From assembly GCF_009914755.1 (NCBI RefSeq), contig NC_060943.1: 64,000 nucleotides of DNA. One strand, written 5' to 3'. The translations under genes were made by a program, and so were the position numbers. Shown one piece after another: positions 44,460 through 64,000 of this stretch (within the stretch, counting starts at the first letter, position 1; every line of letters starts with the position of its first letter). The stretch is from the human T2T-CHM13v2.0 reference genome, Homo sapiens. The notes beneath the pieces are model-generated. The model ran no database searches. It was not told where the DNA came from and was given only the letters and a program-made list of their open reading frames with translations.

Positions 44460-45874
44460 GAAAAAAAGAAGGGAGGCTCCAGTAGCAGCCAAGCACATCT
44501 CATGCCTAGATCTTGGTTTCCACCACTGTTCTGCAATTAAAAGGACCAGGCTCCTTGGAAAAATGGTTGGCTCCAGGACTGGGGCAGGAAATATTCAAGA
44601 TGAGCCTGCAGCATCTCTAGAGCCTGAAAGTAAGGACACAGTAAAAACAAAAACAAGGCTGGGTGCGGTGGTTCACGCCTATAATCCCAGCACTTTGGGA
44701 GGCTGAGGCGGGCAGATCAACTGAGGTCAGAAGTTCAAGACCAGCCTGAACAATATGATGAAACCCCATCTCTATTAAAAATACAAAAATTAGCCAGGCA
44801 TCGTGGCATGTGCCTGTAATCCCAGCTACTCAGGAGGCTAAGGCAGGAGATCACTTGAACTCAGGAGGCGGAGGTTGTGGTGAGCTGAGATTGCACCATT
44901 GCACTCCAGCCTGGGCAACAAGAACGAAACTCCGTCTCAAAAACAAAAACAATGGGAGTATAACAAGTCAAAGGGACTCTGGAACCAACTGAAAGAGCTC
45001 CCCATGGCCAAAGTCAGACTAATGTGAGTGACAAAATAAAGAAAGTAACGTTGGATGATAACCTCAAATACAAAGTAAATATCCCTGAGTCCAAACTCAT
45101 AAAAATAAATGACTAAGTTACTAAATGAGGAGAAGAGACACATTTCCTTTGCAGAAGAATTCCAAATAATTTATGTAAATCCCTTGCCCCCAAGGAGATG
45201 GAGCATAAACCCCCCAACTCCTTACATGCAGGCTGTGCAGTGAATTCCTTCCAAAGAGGACAAGGTGTAAAGGGAGAAAGAAGAGTAGCTTTACAAAGTG
45301 GAGAAACTTGACAAACAGGTGATCAGGATGAACAAAAACAGTGGTGAATCATGTGGTCAGTGTGTCCCCTTGATATGTGATGAAATGACACTTCCCCTTT
45401 GAGGTCTTCCTCCAAAAAACACGTAACTCCAGTGTAATCATGAGAAAAATATCAGACAAATCCCAGCTGAGGGGCATCCCATAATATGTCTGACCAGAAC
45501 TCTTCGAAACTATCAAAGTAGGCATCAAAACCAAAGAAAGTCTGAGCAACTGCCCTAGCCAAGAGGAACCTAAGGAGACACGACAACTCCTTACTTGTCA
45601 ATATAAATGTCTGGAGCCAGAATGTTATCAAATTTGATAACATAATGTCATATGAGATCCTGGAACAGTAAAATACATTAGGCAAAACTAAGGCAATCTG
45701 AATAAACTATAGACTTTAGTTAATACTAATGGATCGATATTATTTCATTAATTGTGACAAACGTACCACCCCAATGTCAGATGTCATTAATATTAGGAGT
45801 AACTGAGCGTGGGGTATACAGCAGCTCTCTGCACTATCTTCTCAATTTTTTCTGCAACTCTAAAACTATTCTAA

Positions 45875-45875
<1 letters not shown>
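44460..45875 (+). mobile_element. L1MB/MC-type 3' UTR fragment with Alu insert
   Basis: CTAGATCTTGGTTTC..., CAAATCCCAGCTGAGGGGCAT, CTCTGCACTATCTTCTCAATTTTTTCTG...AAAACTATTCTAA; resumes after the Alus at about 46484. Confidence 0.75.
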
Positions 45876-50346
<4,471 letters not shown>

Positions 50347-51590
50347 AAGGCCCTTGGCTTTGATTCCAGCTGTACCCTGCGCACTGTCAGCAGCCATGAA
50401 CCCCCAGCCCAGGTGTCCGCCTGAGCCCCAGCGGGGACCCTAACAGGCGCAATGCAGTCAGAACACAGCTCCCTCTTCCTTGACCTTCCTCCCGTCTCCC
50501 CTTCTCTGTTAACAGCCGTTCCCCCAGATGCTCCGGTCTAACATCTAGGCGGGCCCTATGATTCTCATCTTCTCTAGCCCCAACTTCCAACCCATCAGCA
50601 CATCCCACAGCTCTTCCTCCAAAGCACACCCTAAGCAGCCCAAGCGGCCCTCTTCCCTGCTCCCCACTGCCATGCCCTCGCAGCCATCCTGGCTTCCTGC
50701 CTGGACTGCTGCAGTGGCATCCACCCCAGCCCTCCCAGCCATTCCTTCTCCTCACAGAAGCCAGAGCGATGATCCTAAATGAAACTCAGCTCAGCACATC
50801 CCAGCTCCAAATCCTCCCGATCCAGCACTCCCGGGTCACTGTGCACATTCCTCCTCCTTGATCACAACACCCCCAGCCACCTAGCCCCTGCCCACCCACC
50901 TCTGCCTCATGCTGGAGGCAGGGCCCGCCCTCACTCACAGCCACCAGCCTTCTTCCTGTTCCTTGTCCCACCTCAGCACCTCTGCCCCTGGCTGTCCCTC
51001 TGTCTGAAAGCTCTCCTCCTGAACTTCATGAAGCCACATTCCCAACTTGGCCTCCATGTCACCCCTTCTGCAAGGCCTTCCTATCCACAACCACTGAAGC
51101 GGCCCTGGCCACTTTCTCCCACTCCTCAGATTCCTTGGCCAGCACCACCGCTTTACCTACACCCCATCCCTGGAGAGGCCCTGCTCACTACCTGCTACCA
51201 GCTCCTAGGACAGGCCTGGCTCAGGGGCGCTGTGCAGCAGGGAGGGGTGGGCGACCAAACCAGTGGAAACTCATGGTCTCACAAACGGAGCCCATCATTT
51301 GGAAAGGTGCCAGCAGGCAGGTGAAATCCATGGGGGGAGGGGATAGAGTGACAAAACCACTACGGCTTATTGGGGGCAGGGGGCGGCCTAACTGAATGGT
51401 GACTGTGGCCATTACTCCCCCTGACTCAGGGCTTGCAGCAGGGACATGGACCATGTGTGTGCAGGAAGCCTGACCTTTAGAGACACAGCCCAATCCTCTG
51501 CCACCATCCCCAGCCCAGCTGCGCATAGTGTGAAACAGTCCTGCAACTCACCCTGAAGGAGTGGGGGAAATGATTTGAAAGTCACAAAAA

Positions 51591-51596
51591 TATATT
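51591..51596 (-). terminator. Candidate variant polyadenylation signal AATATA
   Basis: Minus strand reads TTTTAATATATTTTTGTG, an isolated U-rich patch in GC-rich sequence. Confidence 0.5.
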
Positions 51597-51772
51597 AAAA
51601 CAGCAGCTGTCTTCACTCTAGGCACTGGCCTCCCTTCCCAGTGCCCCTTGCCCACCACCCGCCATACACTTTCAGAGACAGATGCCCAGGGCAGGAAAAC
51701 GGATGCGCCTCAGCCGCAGCCCAGGGTCTGGAGAGGTCCCTCCAGCCTGGGAGTAGAGGGCGGCTAACAGTC

Positions 51773-51861
51773 TCAACAGGCTCGACGCCACCGCCGACGA
51801 GGGGGCCGCTGGGAGGCCGGAGGTACAGGAGGGTCGGGCAGGACGCAGCGGACAGTCGGGC
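51773..51861 (-). CDS. C19orf47: Candidate alternative C-terminal coding segment of C19orf47 (SPTVRCVLPDPPVPPASQRPPRRRWRRAC*)
   Basis: AG-free polypyrimidine tract and acceptor (catttctcttctgttttctgtccccgtggcaag|G). In frame with an internal donor AGA|GTAAGT at 52539/52538. Local CpG retention. Confidence 0.6.
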
Positions 51862-52392
51862 CTTGCCACGGGGACAGAAAACAGAAGAGAAATGAACAAA
51901 GTGAAGACAGGGAGAGAGAGAAGTCACAGCAGTGGGGGGAGGCGCAGAGGAGTGAGGGAGGTCAGTGGGGAGTGGGGGAAGGGAGGCCCACCAGGTGACA
52001 CCCACTTAGTTGAGGGGGACAGGGAGGCTGATGAGCTGGGGTCTGAGGCAGCAGACCCTGCTCAGGGGAAGAAGGGGAATGTAGGAGAGGAAGAAGCCCC
52101 CTGGCACTTGGGAGAGGTAGAAAAGTGGGTTCTGCCAAGGCCACAGCCAGAGAAGAAAGCACAGAGGACATGAGAGAAGGGGAGTCCTGGAGCAGGCCAG
52201 GCCAGCTGCGACGACCATCCCAGGCTAGGAGAAATGGGGTGATCCCCCGAATGCTCGGGCCTAGCTCTAGAGCCCGAGGGAGACAAGCTGTGTCATCCAG
52301 GAGCTGGTGGGAGGCGTGATGAAGCCAGGAGCCTGGGGCGGCCAGGGCAGATGCCCGCAGGCTCTGCTGCCTGCACCCCGCCCACAGGTGGG

Positions 52393-52887
52393 CTAGAAGG
52401 TCCTGCGGCCCAGTCTTTTGAACACGCTCACAGTGCCCGCGTGGTCCATCTGGGCACCAAGGCCCTCGCTGGAGCTGCTCCCCCGGGGCCCCACCAGAGT
52501 CCTCTTAATGGTGACCTTGACCTCGGCTGAGGACTTACTCTTGGTGCTGGTGACCTGGCTGTCCTGGGCCTCGGGCACAAGGGCAGCTGCGCCCAGTCTC
52601 TTGATGATGCTGACTTTAGACAAGGACTCCGGCTTCCTCTCAAGCCCAGACCGTGAGGAAAGCGCCAGGCGCCGCAGTGTCGGGGCAGCAGCCGTTGTCG
52701 CTGAGCTTGTGGCCTTGGCTTTGACAGTCAGTGCTGGCTGGGGACTGGCCTTGGCTGGGCCCCGTCCTAGCTTCTTCAGGACCCCGGCATACTGCAAGAC
52801 AGAGCTGCTGCTGTCATTGTCGCTGTCCCAAGCCAGATCCTCGTCCGTTTCTGGGGTGGCCCCCAGGCGGCTGAAGACTCCTGTGGG
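52393..52887 (-). CDS. C19orf47: C19orf47 last coding exon (PTGVFSRLG...SVFKRLGRRTF*)
   Basis: Acceptor ctgacctccacag|CCC, phase 0, 495 nt ending in TAG at 52393-52395. Includes the supplied ORF 52393..52797, and the C-terminus matches C19orf47 as recalled. Confidence 0.93.
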   Translation of the reverse strand, partial: PTGVFSRLGATPETDEDLAWDSDNDSSSSVLQYAGVLKKLGRGPAKASPQPALTVKAKATSSATTAAAPTLRRLALSSRSGLERKPESLSKVSIIKRLGAAALVPEAQDSQVTSTKSKSSAEVKVTIKRTLVGPRGSSSSEGLGAQMDHAGTVSVFKRLGRRTF

Positions 52888-54516
52888 CTGTGGAGGTCAG
52901 AGACAGGATGAATGAGTCACTGAGTCACTCAACACACATTCATGGAGAGCTGCTTCCTCTGTGCCTGGCCTCCTGGGACTCACAGTTGGGAGAAACACCC
53001 ATCACTGACACCCCAGATAGTGGCGAGAGCCATGATGGGGGAGTCCAGGGGACTGGAGGAGCCCAGAGGAAGTACCTGACCTTCCTAGAAGTTCAGGGAG
53101 GGCGCCCTGAGAGGGGGGACATCTGAGCTGGAAGTAGGTCTAAGAAAGAGGGAAGAGGACGGGAGTGCCGCACAAAGGGAATGTCATTTGCAAGGTCAAT
53201 AGGTGGGCATGAGTGGAGTGGAGAGATTAATCTGGTCATTCACTCCACGAATATTTTGAGTCCCAATTCTATATTGTACCTGGTCCTAGGCCGGCAGTGC
53301 TAGGGACACAGTGATGACCAAGACAGCCTCAGCGCTGCCCGCATGGGGCTCACAGTCCAGTGGGGAAGACAGGCTTGGCATCAGAAATGACACAAATAAT
53401 TCTGCAAGAATGACAGTAACGCATTCTAGACGGAGAAGGACAGCTGGAGGGCAGAAGACAGGGGTGGCTCCTCATCAGTCCAGAGGAACTTTCCCTGAGG
53501 CACCAACTTTGAAGCCAGGCCCTCCAAGATGAATTAGCAAAGAAAAGAGTATGTGCTATGCCCTGAAGGCAGGAAGTATAATCCTATGTATTGAGCACTC
53601 GCTATGCGCCCAGCTCTTCATAGGGCTGGAACTTCCAGCCACATGATCCCGAGTGTTCCCATCCTCCTCATGGTAAGATTCTTGGAAGTGAGCAAGCCCG
53701 AGTTGCTGCACCCTGCAGAGCAGGACACTGGCAGGCAGGAAACGCAGCTGGGAGGCTCTGCAATAGTTCACCAACAGGCGCCGCACACCCCAGCACCATG
53801 CGGGGATGATCTTAACTCTACAGCCATCCTTGGAGGTGGGTCTATACAGATGAGGAGGCTGAAGTACAAAGGACTTAAGTGACATGGCCAAAGCCACGCA
53901 GTCAGGCCCCTGTGGGCTTCAGGGTGTACTCTGAGCTACACACCAGGCCTGGGGCCTGTGGGACTGCGGGCCGCGGCAGGAAGTACAGGCTGCATCATGG
54001 GCACAGTGAAGAGCCTCTGCAGGGCTTCCAGTGAGGGGACGGGCCCTGTCCTGTGGGCCGCACACACTGCTGCTGTGGGGATAGGGGCTGGGGTCCATGG
54101 TAACTGTGCGAGACCATTCAGGAGGCTATCATCCTATCCTGACAGGGAGAGGTGGCAGAGGAGGGAGAGACAGTAGAGTCATCAGACCCACTGACAGACT
54201 GCAATGGGGAGGGCAGGCAGCCCTCAGATGGGGGCCCAGGAGAGGGCTGACTTGGGGAAAGACACTAAGACCAGTTGGGGACATGGTGGGTGGGAGGCAT
54301 CCAGGAGTACTGGACCCCCAGGGCTGGAAACTGGGAGAGAAGCCAGGGCAGAAGACAGATGGGAAAGCCGCCAGTGCAAAGCCAGGAACTGAGGCTGGAA
54401 AGGCAGGTTAGACGGCCCTGGGCCGAGTGAGGTTGAGATGTGTTAAAGAGTCAGGAGCACCGCTCAGGGAAGACAACAGCTCGCACGCCCAGAATCGCTC
54501 CCCCATCCCCACTCAC

Positions 54517-54587
54517 TTTACTCCCTGTCGTGGTGTCTGCCTTGGTCTCGGCGCCGAGGCGGTCAAACACAGACGTCCTATGGAGAC
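54517..54587 (-). CDS. C19orf47: C19orf47 internal coding exon (GLHRTSVFDRLGAETKADTTTGSK)
   Basis: Acceptor cttccctcccag|GT, donor AAA|GTGAGT. 71 nt, phase 1/0. Confidence 0.92.
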
Positions 54588-55087
54588 CTGGGAGGGAAGT
54601 GAAGCCATCAGGGAGAGGCCCCGGTGGGCCAGGCCTAGGCTGAGCTCTGTACAGACACCAAGGCAGCCCAGACACCAGTAGCTCTGGGACAGGCAGGGCC
54701 AGACTGTGCTGAGTTGGGTGTTATGTCTACACTGTTGGCTCACACTGACCCTAACCCACCCCTATCTGGCTAGAGCCAAATGTGGGAAAGACCAGCTACA
54801 AGTGGCAGATTCCCTACACCTCAGCACTAGCTCATGAACTGTGTGCACGGGAAGAGTTCTTAGTGCCTGCATGTTCCTTTCACTTCTTGGGGTCAGGGAC
54901 CTCTGAGAGAATCTGATGAGTGGTAGTGCATCCTCCCCTAAATTATAACCTAATAGCCATCAATAGAATGGTTACTAAATTATGGTATATGAATACTCTG
55001 GAAATAATAAACAACCATTGAAAAAAGAATGAAGAAGATCTACCTGCATTAATATGAGAAGATCTCAACAAAAAATTTATGGAACAT

Positions 55088-56450
<1,363 letters not shown>

Positions 56451-56844
56451 AAGAGATCATCTCTGTACTCCAAGTCAGAAGGCCTAGCTTTGGACTATAT
56501 CTCCACTCGTCTCCTCTGGTTCATATTAACGGTGCCACTTTGGGGTATTTGCCCTTGGCCAAGCACAGCCACTCATTTTACAGCAGGCCATCACTCTATC
56601 GTTGCTCCTGCCCCTTGGGGAAGAGGTGCCAAGGAGCCCAGCTACACTAACTGCAGGATCAGAGGGCAGAGGTGATGTATTTCCCTCCTCTGCAGCCACC
56701 ATCACTGTCCCCTTGGCCTACGGCTCCTGCATCCCCGTTAGAACCTGCTTCTCAGCCACCGTCTGTAGGATATGACGGGCCCTGTGTGATGCAGAGGGAG
56801 GGACATGGACCCCGCAGGGAAGCATGCCCCTGATGGGCCAGTAC

Positions 56845-56997
56845 CTTTTGCAGCCTGCTGCTGCTCCAGGATCTTGCGGGTGCGGGGTGTGGTGCCTTTG
56901 GGCATGTTGATGACGTACTTCCCCTCCATCTCAGCAGTGACCCGGCGCCGCTTGGCAGGAACAGCCAGGCTCTCCTCCTCCCGGCGGGCCAGGGCTG
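56845..56997 (-). CDS. C19orf47: C19orf47 internal coding exon (AALARREEESLAVPAKRRRVTAEMEGKYVINMPKGTTPRTRKILEQQQAAK)
   Basis: Acceptor tttcttcccccag|CAG (NAGNAG), donor AAG|GTACTG. 153 nt, phase 1/1. Confidence 0.92.
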
Positions 56998-57459
56998 CTG
57001 GGGGAAGAAAGCAGGGGTATCAGCACTCTCTGAGACAGAACGTTCTCCCAGGATGGAAGCTGGACACTAGGTGTCCTTTATCTCCACACATTCATGACTG
57101 GAATCCCTTACCTTCCCAACCACCCACATCACCACTGACCGAACCACAGAGAAACTCAGGTCTCTGTTACACGAGGTCACAGAAGGTGCTCAGAATCCCC
57201 AGGCTGTGGCAGGCCTCCCAGGCTTTCTGTGGCTCTGTCCCTATTCCAAGCAGGCTTCTGGCCCAGCCCAGCCCACATCCCCTCGGATGGGGAACCTGCT
57301 GGGTGGTGGAAAGGTTCTAGAGCTCCAAGCAGGCAGTGCTTTATGGCTGCACTCACTTGTCAACAAGCACTTGAGCTGTGTACACTTATGAGTGGTGGAT
57401 TGTGCATAAGTTACACCTCAATTTAAAAAATGAATCCCCTCAAACGTGTTAAGGGTTAA

Positions 57460-58394
<935 letters not shown>

Positions 58395-58923
58395 TGAATC
58401 TACATGATGCAGGGCCCTACAGACCATGTGGGGAAGATGGCCTTTATTACTGGAATAATGGGGAGCCCCGGAGAGTTACAGCCCAGGGGGTTACAGGATC
58501 AGACTGAAGGTTTTCAAGGATGGATCCCTTGGCTGCTAAGAGGAGGCAAGAGGTTCTTAACCTATGACCCCAGGCATCAAGCACAGAGCTGTGCACAAGT
58601 AGGGGGCTCGGTGAAGACCTGTTCACAAAGCGTGAACCCCTGAGTGAGAAGGCAATGCACACATGCCTCAACACACCAACTCAGGTGCTTCTGTCCATCC
58701 TCCTGGGTGGGGTATCGCCACCCCCCATGCTACAGATGAAGAAAGTGAGGCCCACAGACGTATGGCACCTTGACCAAGTTTACAGAGGTGATTCAGGTTC
58801 AAATGTTTTGTATACCTTGTGGCCTTCAAAGCACCTTACAATATTGGAAGCATGACCCCCAACACCTCCTACCAACCCACGTTCCCCTCCAGCTCCTCCT
58901 ACCACCTGCCCATGTTCCCTCAC

Positions 58924-59061
58924 CAGTGGCCTTGGCACTCTTTGCTGCCATCTTGTTGGACACAGTGACCGAGATCTTGGAGGTGCTGGTGTCCGGGCGC
59001 CTGGGGGGTGTGCTGGGTGGAGAGTCATGGTTCAGGCTGTTGGTGATCATTCGGGAGGCAG
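58924..59061 (-). CDS. C19orf47: C19orf47 internal coding exon (xASRMITNSLNHDSPPSTPPRRPDTSTSKISVTVSNKMAAKSAKAT)
   Basis: Acceptor tctccttttctccccacag|CT, donor CTG|GTGAGG. 138 nt, phase 1/1, open frame that joins the next exon. Upstream exons lie beyond the right edge. Confidence 0.92.
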
Positions 59062-60446
59062 CTGTGGGGAGAAAAGGAGAGTCCGGTCGGGTGGGGTCCT
59101 GGAAGACAGGCCTCAATCCAGCAGTCTCAGGGTCAGGATGGAGAAGGTGAGGCTTGAGACTGAATGAGAAGGTCAGCGGGTATCACCCTGTAACTGCATG
59201 GTACTCGTGATGGGGATGCTTGGGGGCAGGGTGGGCTGCATCTCCCCAGGAACTAGCCCATCCCTCCCTATCCTGGGAGCCTTTCCTGAGGCTCTAGACC
59301 ACACTAGTTCTGATCACACCTCACCCATCAGTCACCCAGCCTCGTGCTGAGTTCGCTTCGCCCCTCCCGGAGCTGCTTCAGCCATGCTGGTCTCCAGGAT
59401 CTTCCTCACCTAGCAAGTAGGCGCTTCCTCAGGGTCCCTGCTGTTCCTTCTGCCTGGCATGCAGTTCCCCAAGCACAGCGGAATTGCTGCGTCTCATCAT
59501 TCAGGCCTCCTCTCTGATGGCAACTCCTCAGAGAAAACTTCCCTGACCACCCCATCAAAAACAGCACCTCCTCAACCTCTATCACCCTTACCCACTTTCA
59601 TTTTCTTCACAGCCCTTACAACTGCTTGACATTAAACTCTATTTGTTTACTGGTAAACTCACTCACAAGAACATAAGCTCCACGAGGAGGCTGTGTCTGT
59701 TTACTGCTGTATCCCAGTGCCTAAAGTGGTTTCTGAGGACAGGCACAAGGGCGCATGCCTGTAATCCCTGCACTTTGGGAGGCCTAGGGGGATGGATCAC
59801 TTGAACCCAGTTCAAGACCAGCCTGGGCAACATGGCAAAATCCCATCTCTACCAAAAATACAAAAAATCAGCCAGGCATGGTGGCATGTGCCTGTAGTCC
59901 CAGATACTCAGGAGGCTGAGGCAAGAGAATCACTTGAGCCCAGGAGGTCAAGGCTGCAGTGAGCTGTGATCGCACTACTGCACTCCAGCCTGGGCAACAG
60001 AGTGAAACCCAGTCTCAAAAACAGGGGGGAAAAAGAAAGAAAACTACATTAAACCATCACAGAACATTTAATAAAACGTGACCCCCAAGCACCCAGCACC
60101 CAGGCATCATGACATTATTGGTACCCAGAAGTCCCAGGACAGATCCTTCCCTATCAGACCTCCTCCCTCTCTGCAGGAAGAAATTCTTGGTTTTCAGGCC
60201 TGCTCTCTCTCCTCTGTTAATAATATACCCCAGCACTTCTTCAGACATTTTTCAGGTTGGATGGGTGGCTTTATGTCTAATGGCTGCAAACTCTCTGGCT
60301 ATGCAGAATCTGTCCTGTGAGAGCCTCCATTCACAATACTCTTTACCTAGCTGAGTGCAATAGGATCAGGATTTTCTGCTATAAAAGGCAAGCTGTTAAG
60401 AGGGCCCTACCTGTCCTGCTGTACCCAGAGGGAAATCTGCAGCTGA

Positions 60447-60947
<501 letters not shown>

Positions 60948-61566
60948 TAGCCAGGATGGTCTCGATCTCTCGAGGTCTGACCTCATGATCTGCCCACCTT
61001 GGCCTCCCAAAATGCTGGGATTACAGGCGTGAGCCACCATACCCGGCCCTCTTTTTTTTTTTTTTTTTTTTTTTTTGAGACAGGGTCCCACTCTGTTGCC
61101 CACGATGATGGAGTACAGTGGTGCCATCATAACTCACTGCAGCCTCAAAGTCCTGGGCTCAAGCAATCCTCCCACCTCAGCCTCCCAAGCCTCCCACAGC
61201 TAATTTACTAATTTTTGTAGAGACAGGGTCTCACTATGTTGCCCAGGCTGGTCTCAAATGCCTAGCATCAAGTGATCTTCCCACCTGGGCCTCCCAAAGT
61301 GCTGGGATTAAAGGCATGGGCCACCATACCCAGCTGAACATTTCATTTATAAAGATTTGAAAGACTGGTAAAACTAATGTGTGCTGTTAGCAATCAGGGT
61401 AGTGGGTACCCTGGAGACAATGTGGTGGCTGGGAGGGGGCACAGGGGGATTCTGGCAGGCTGGTCATGTTTCCATTACTGGATTTGGGTGCTGGCTACAT
61501 GGGTGTCCCATCTGTGAATGGCACCCCACTGTAATATTATGGGTGAATGCTTTTCTGAATGTATGT

Positions 61567-62228
61567 TATGGAGGAGTGTTGCAGAAACGAACCCTAATTT
61601 GCTCAGCTTCTTTGCATCCACATCTTTGGGTAGGCCCTACCCACAATGACTGTGGACTTAGCCATGTAACTTGCTTTGGCCAACAGGACAAGAGCAAATG
61701 TTGTGCAAGCAGTGGCTTAAGAGGTGCTTTGCACACTGGGGCCAGCCCTCTTCTGCTGCTTTTAGGAACCCTGCAACCACCACTGTGAACAAGCCCAGGC
61801 TAGCCAGCTAGATAATTATGGACACGTAGCCAAGTCACCCTGTGGGCCCAGATAACATCAGGACAACCATCAGATATGTGAATGCGGCCGTCAACCCGGC
61901 TTCAACCTAGCTGCCAGGTGACCACTAAAATCAGCTGAGCTGGCCTAGAGCAGAACTGACCAGCCAACCCACAAAATCATGAGAAATAAACACCCATGTT
62001 TTAGCAAGACATGGTGGCTTGTGCTTGTAATCCCAGCTATTCAGGAGGCTGAGGCAGGAGGATCACTTGAGCCCAGGACTTTGAGGCTACAGTGAGCTAT
62101 GACTGCACCACTACACTCCAGCCTGGGCAACAGAGTGAGACTCCCATCTCAAAAAATAAAAATACATGTCTGTGTTTTAAAGCACAGTTTTGGGCGGCTT
62201 AGTTATCAGCAAAGGGAAGCTAATGTGT
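61567..62228 (+). mobile_element. MLT1-family (MaLR) LTR with Alu monomer insert
   Basis: GCCATGTAACTTGCTTTGGCCAA, GTGAACAAGCCCAGGCTAGCC and TGTTTTAAAGCACAGTTTTGGG...TTATCAGCAA. Confidence 0.72.
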
Positions 62229-62387
62229 ATATTAAAATTTTAAAGTTTATTTTTAAAAAAGGTATCTGTCGGGTGCGGTGGCTAATGGCTGTAATCCCAA
62301 CACTTTGGGGGGCCAAGGTGGGTGGATCACCTACAGTCAGGAGCTCGAGACCAGCCTGGCCAACATGGTAAAACCTCATCTCTACTA

Positions 62388-62570
<183 letters not shown>

Positions 62571-62885
62571 TCATACTGCTTTTAAAAACCAAAAATAGCC
62601 AGGTGCAGTGGCTCATGCCTGCACTTTGGGAGGCTGAGGCAGGTGGATCGTTTGAAGTCAAGAGTTCAAGACTAGCCTGGCAAATGTGGCAAAACTCTGT
62701 CTCTACTAAAAATACAAAAATTGGCTGGGCATGGTGGCACACACATGTAATCCCAGATACTTGGGTGACTGAGGCACAAGAATCACTTAACCTGGGAGGC
62801 AGAGTTTGCAGTTAGCTAAGCGTGCCATCGCACTCCAACGTAGGCAACACAGCGAGACTATCTCAAGGGAAAAAAAAAAAGGTCA

Positions 62886-64000
<1,115 letters not shown>

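Larger units (their letters stand above)
51566..52392 (-). other. C19orf47: C19orf47 3' UTR (3' end approximate)
   Basis: Unique sequence after the stop codon. The only poly(A)-signal-like hexamer seen nearby is the variant AATATA at 51591-51596. Confidence 0.65.

Noticed and set aside
52880-52887. Second AG 7 nt inside the last exon
   Set aside because: Using it would shift the frame and lose the recognisable C-terminus. The upstream AG gives the continuous ORF.
52418-52915. 165-aa plus-strand ORF
   Set aside because: Antisense shadow of the C19orf47 last exon, with no independent signals.

Overview
Human (primate) genomic DNA, very Alu-rich, recognisable as the chr19q13.2 interval between AKT2 and C19orf47, both on the minus strand. 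The locus name rests on recall of the miR-641 and C19orf47 sequences, not on a search. From 1 to about 15.9 kb lie AKT2 intron 1 (with the MIR641 hairpin at 13043-13141), the non-coding first exon (15681 to about 15845) and its CpG-island promoter. From about 16 to 51.5 kb is a repeat-dominated intergenic region. It contains a complete two-LTR ERV1/MER34-like provirus (23177-35328) inserted into an L2, carrying a tRNA-Lys primer-binding site and itself invaded by a Tigger3a, a U6 retrocopy and about 20 Alus. A strong CTCF-type motif follows at about 36010. From 51.6 to 59.1 kb are the last four coding exons and the 3' UTR of C19orf47. No prokaryotic-type system (CRISPR or similar) is present, and nearly all ORFs in the supplied track are Alu-derived or chance frames. 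The most interesting signals are: (i) a hidden 677-nt GT-AG intron inside the C19orf47 last exon that would swap the C-terminus for an Arg-rich tail encoded in the '3' UTR'; (ii) four copies of a [S/G]-[VI]-[FI]-x-R-L-G short motif in C19orf47; (iii) a strong-Kozak uORF ending 3 nt before the AKT2 exon 1 donor; and (iv) the layered provirus with uneven LTR-LTR divergence.
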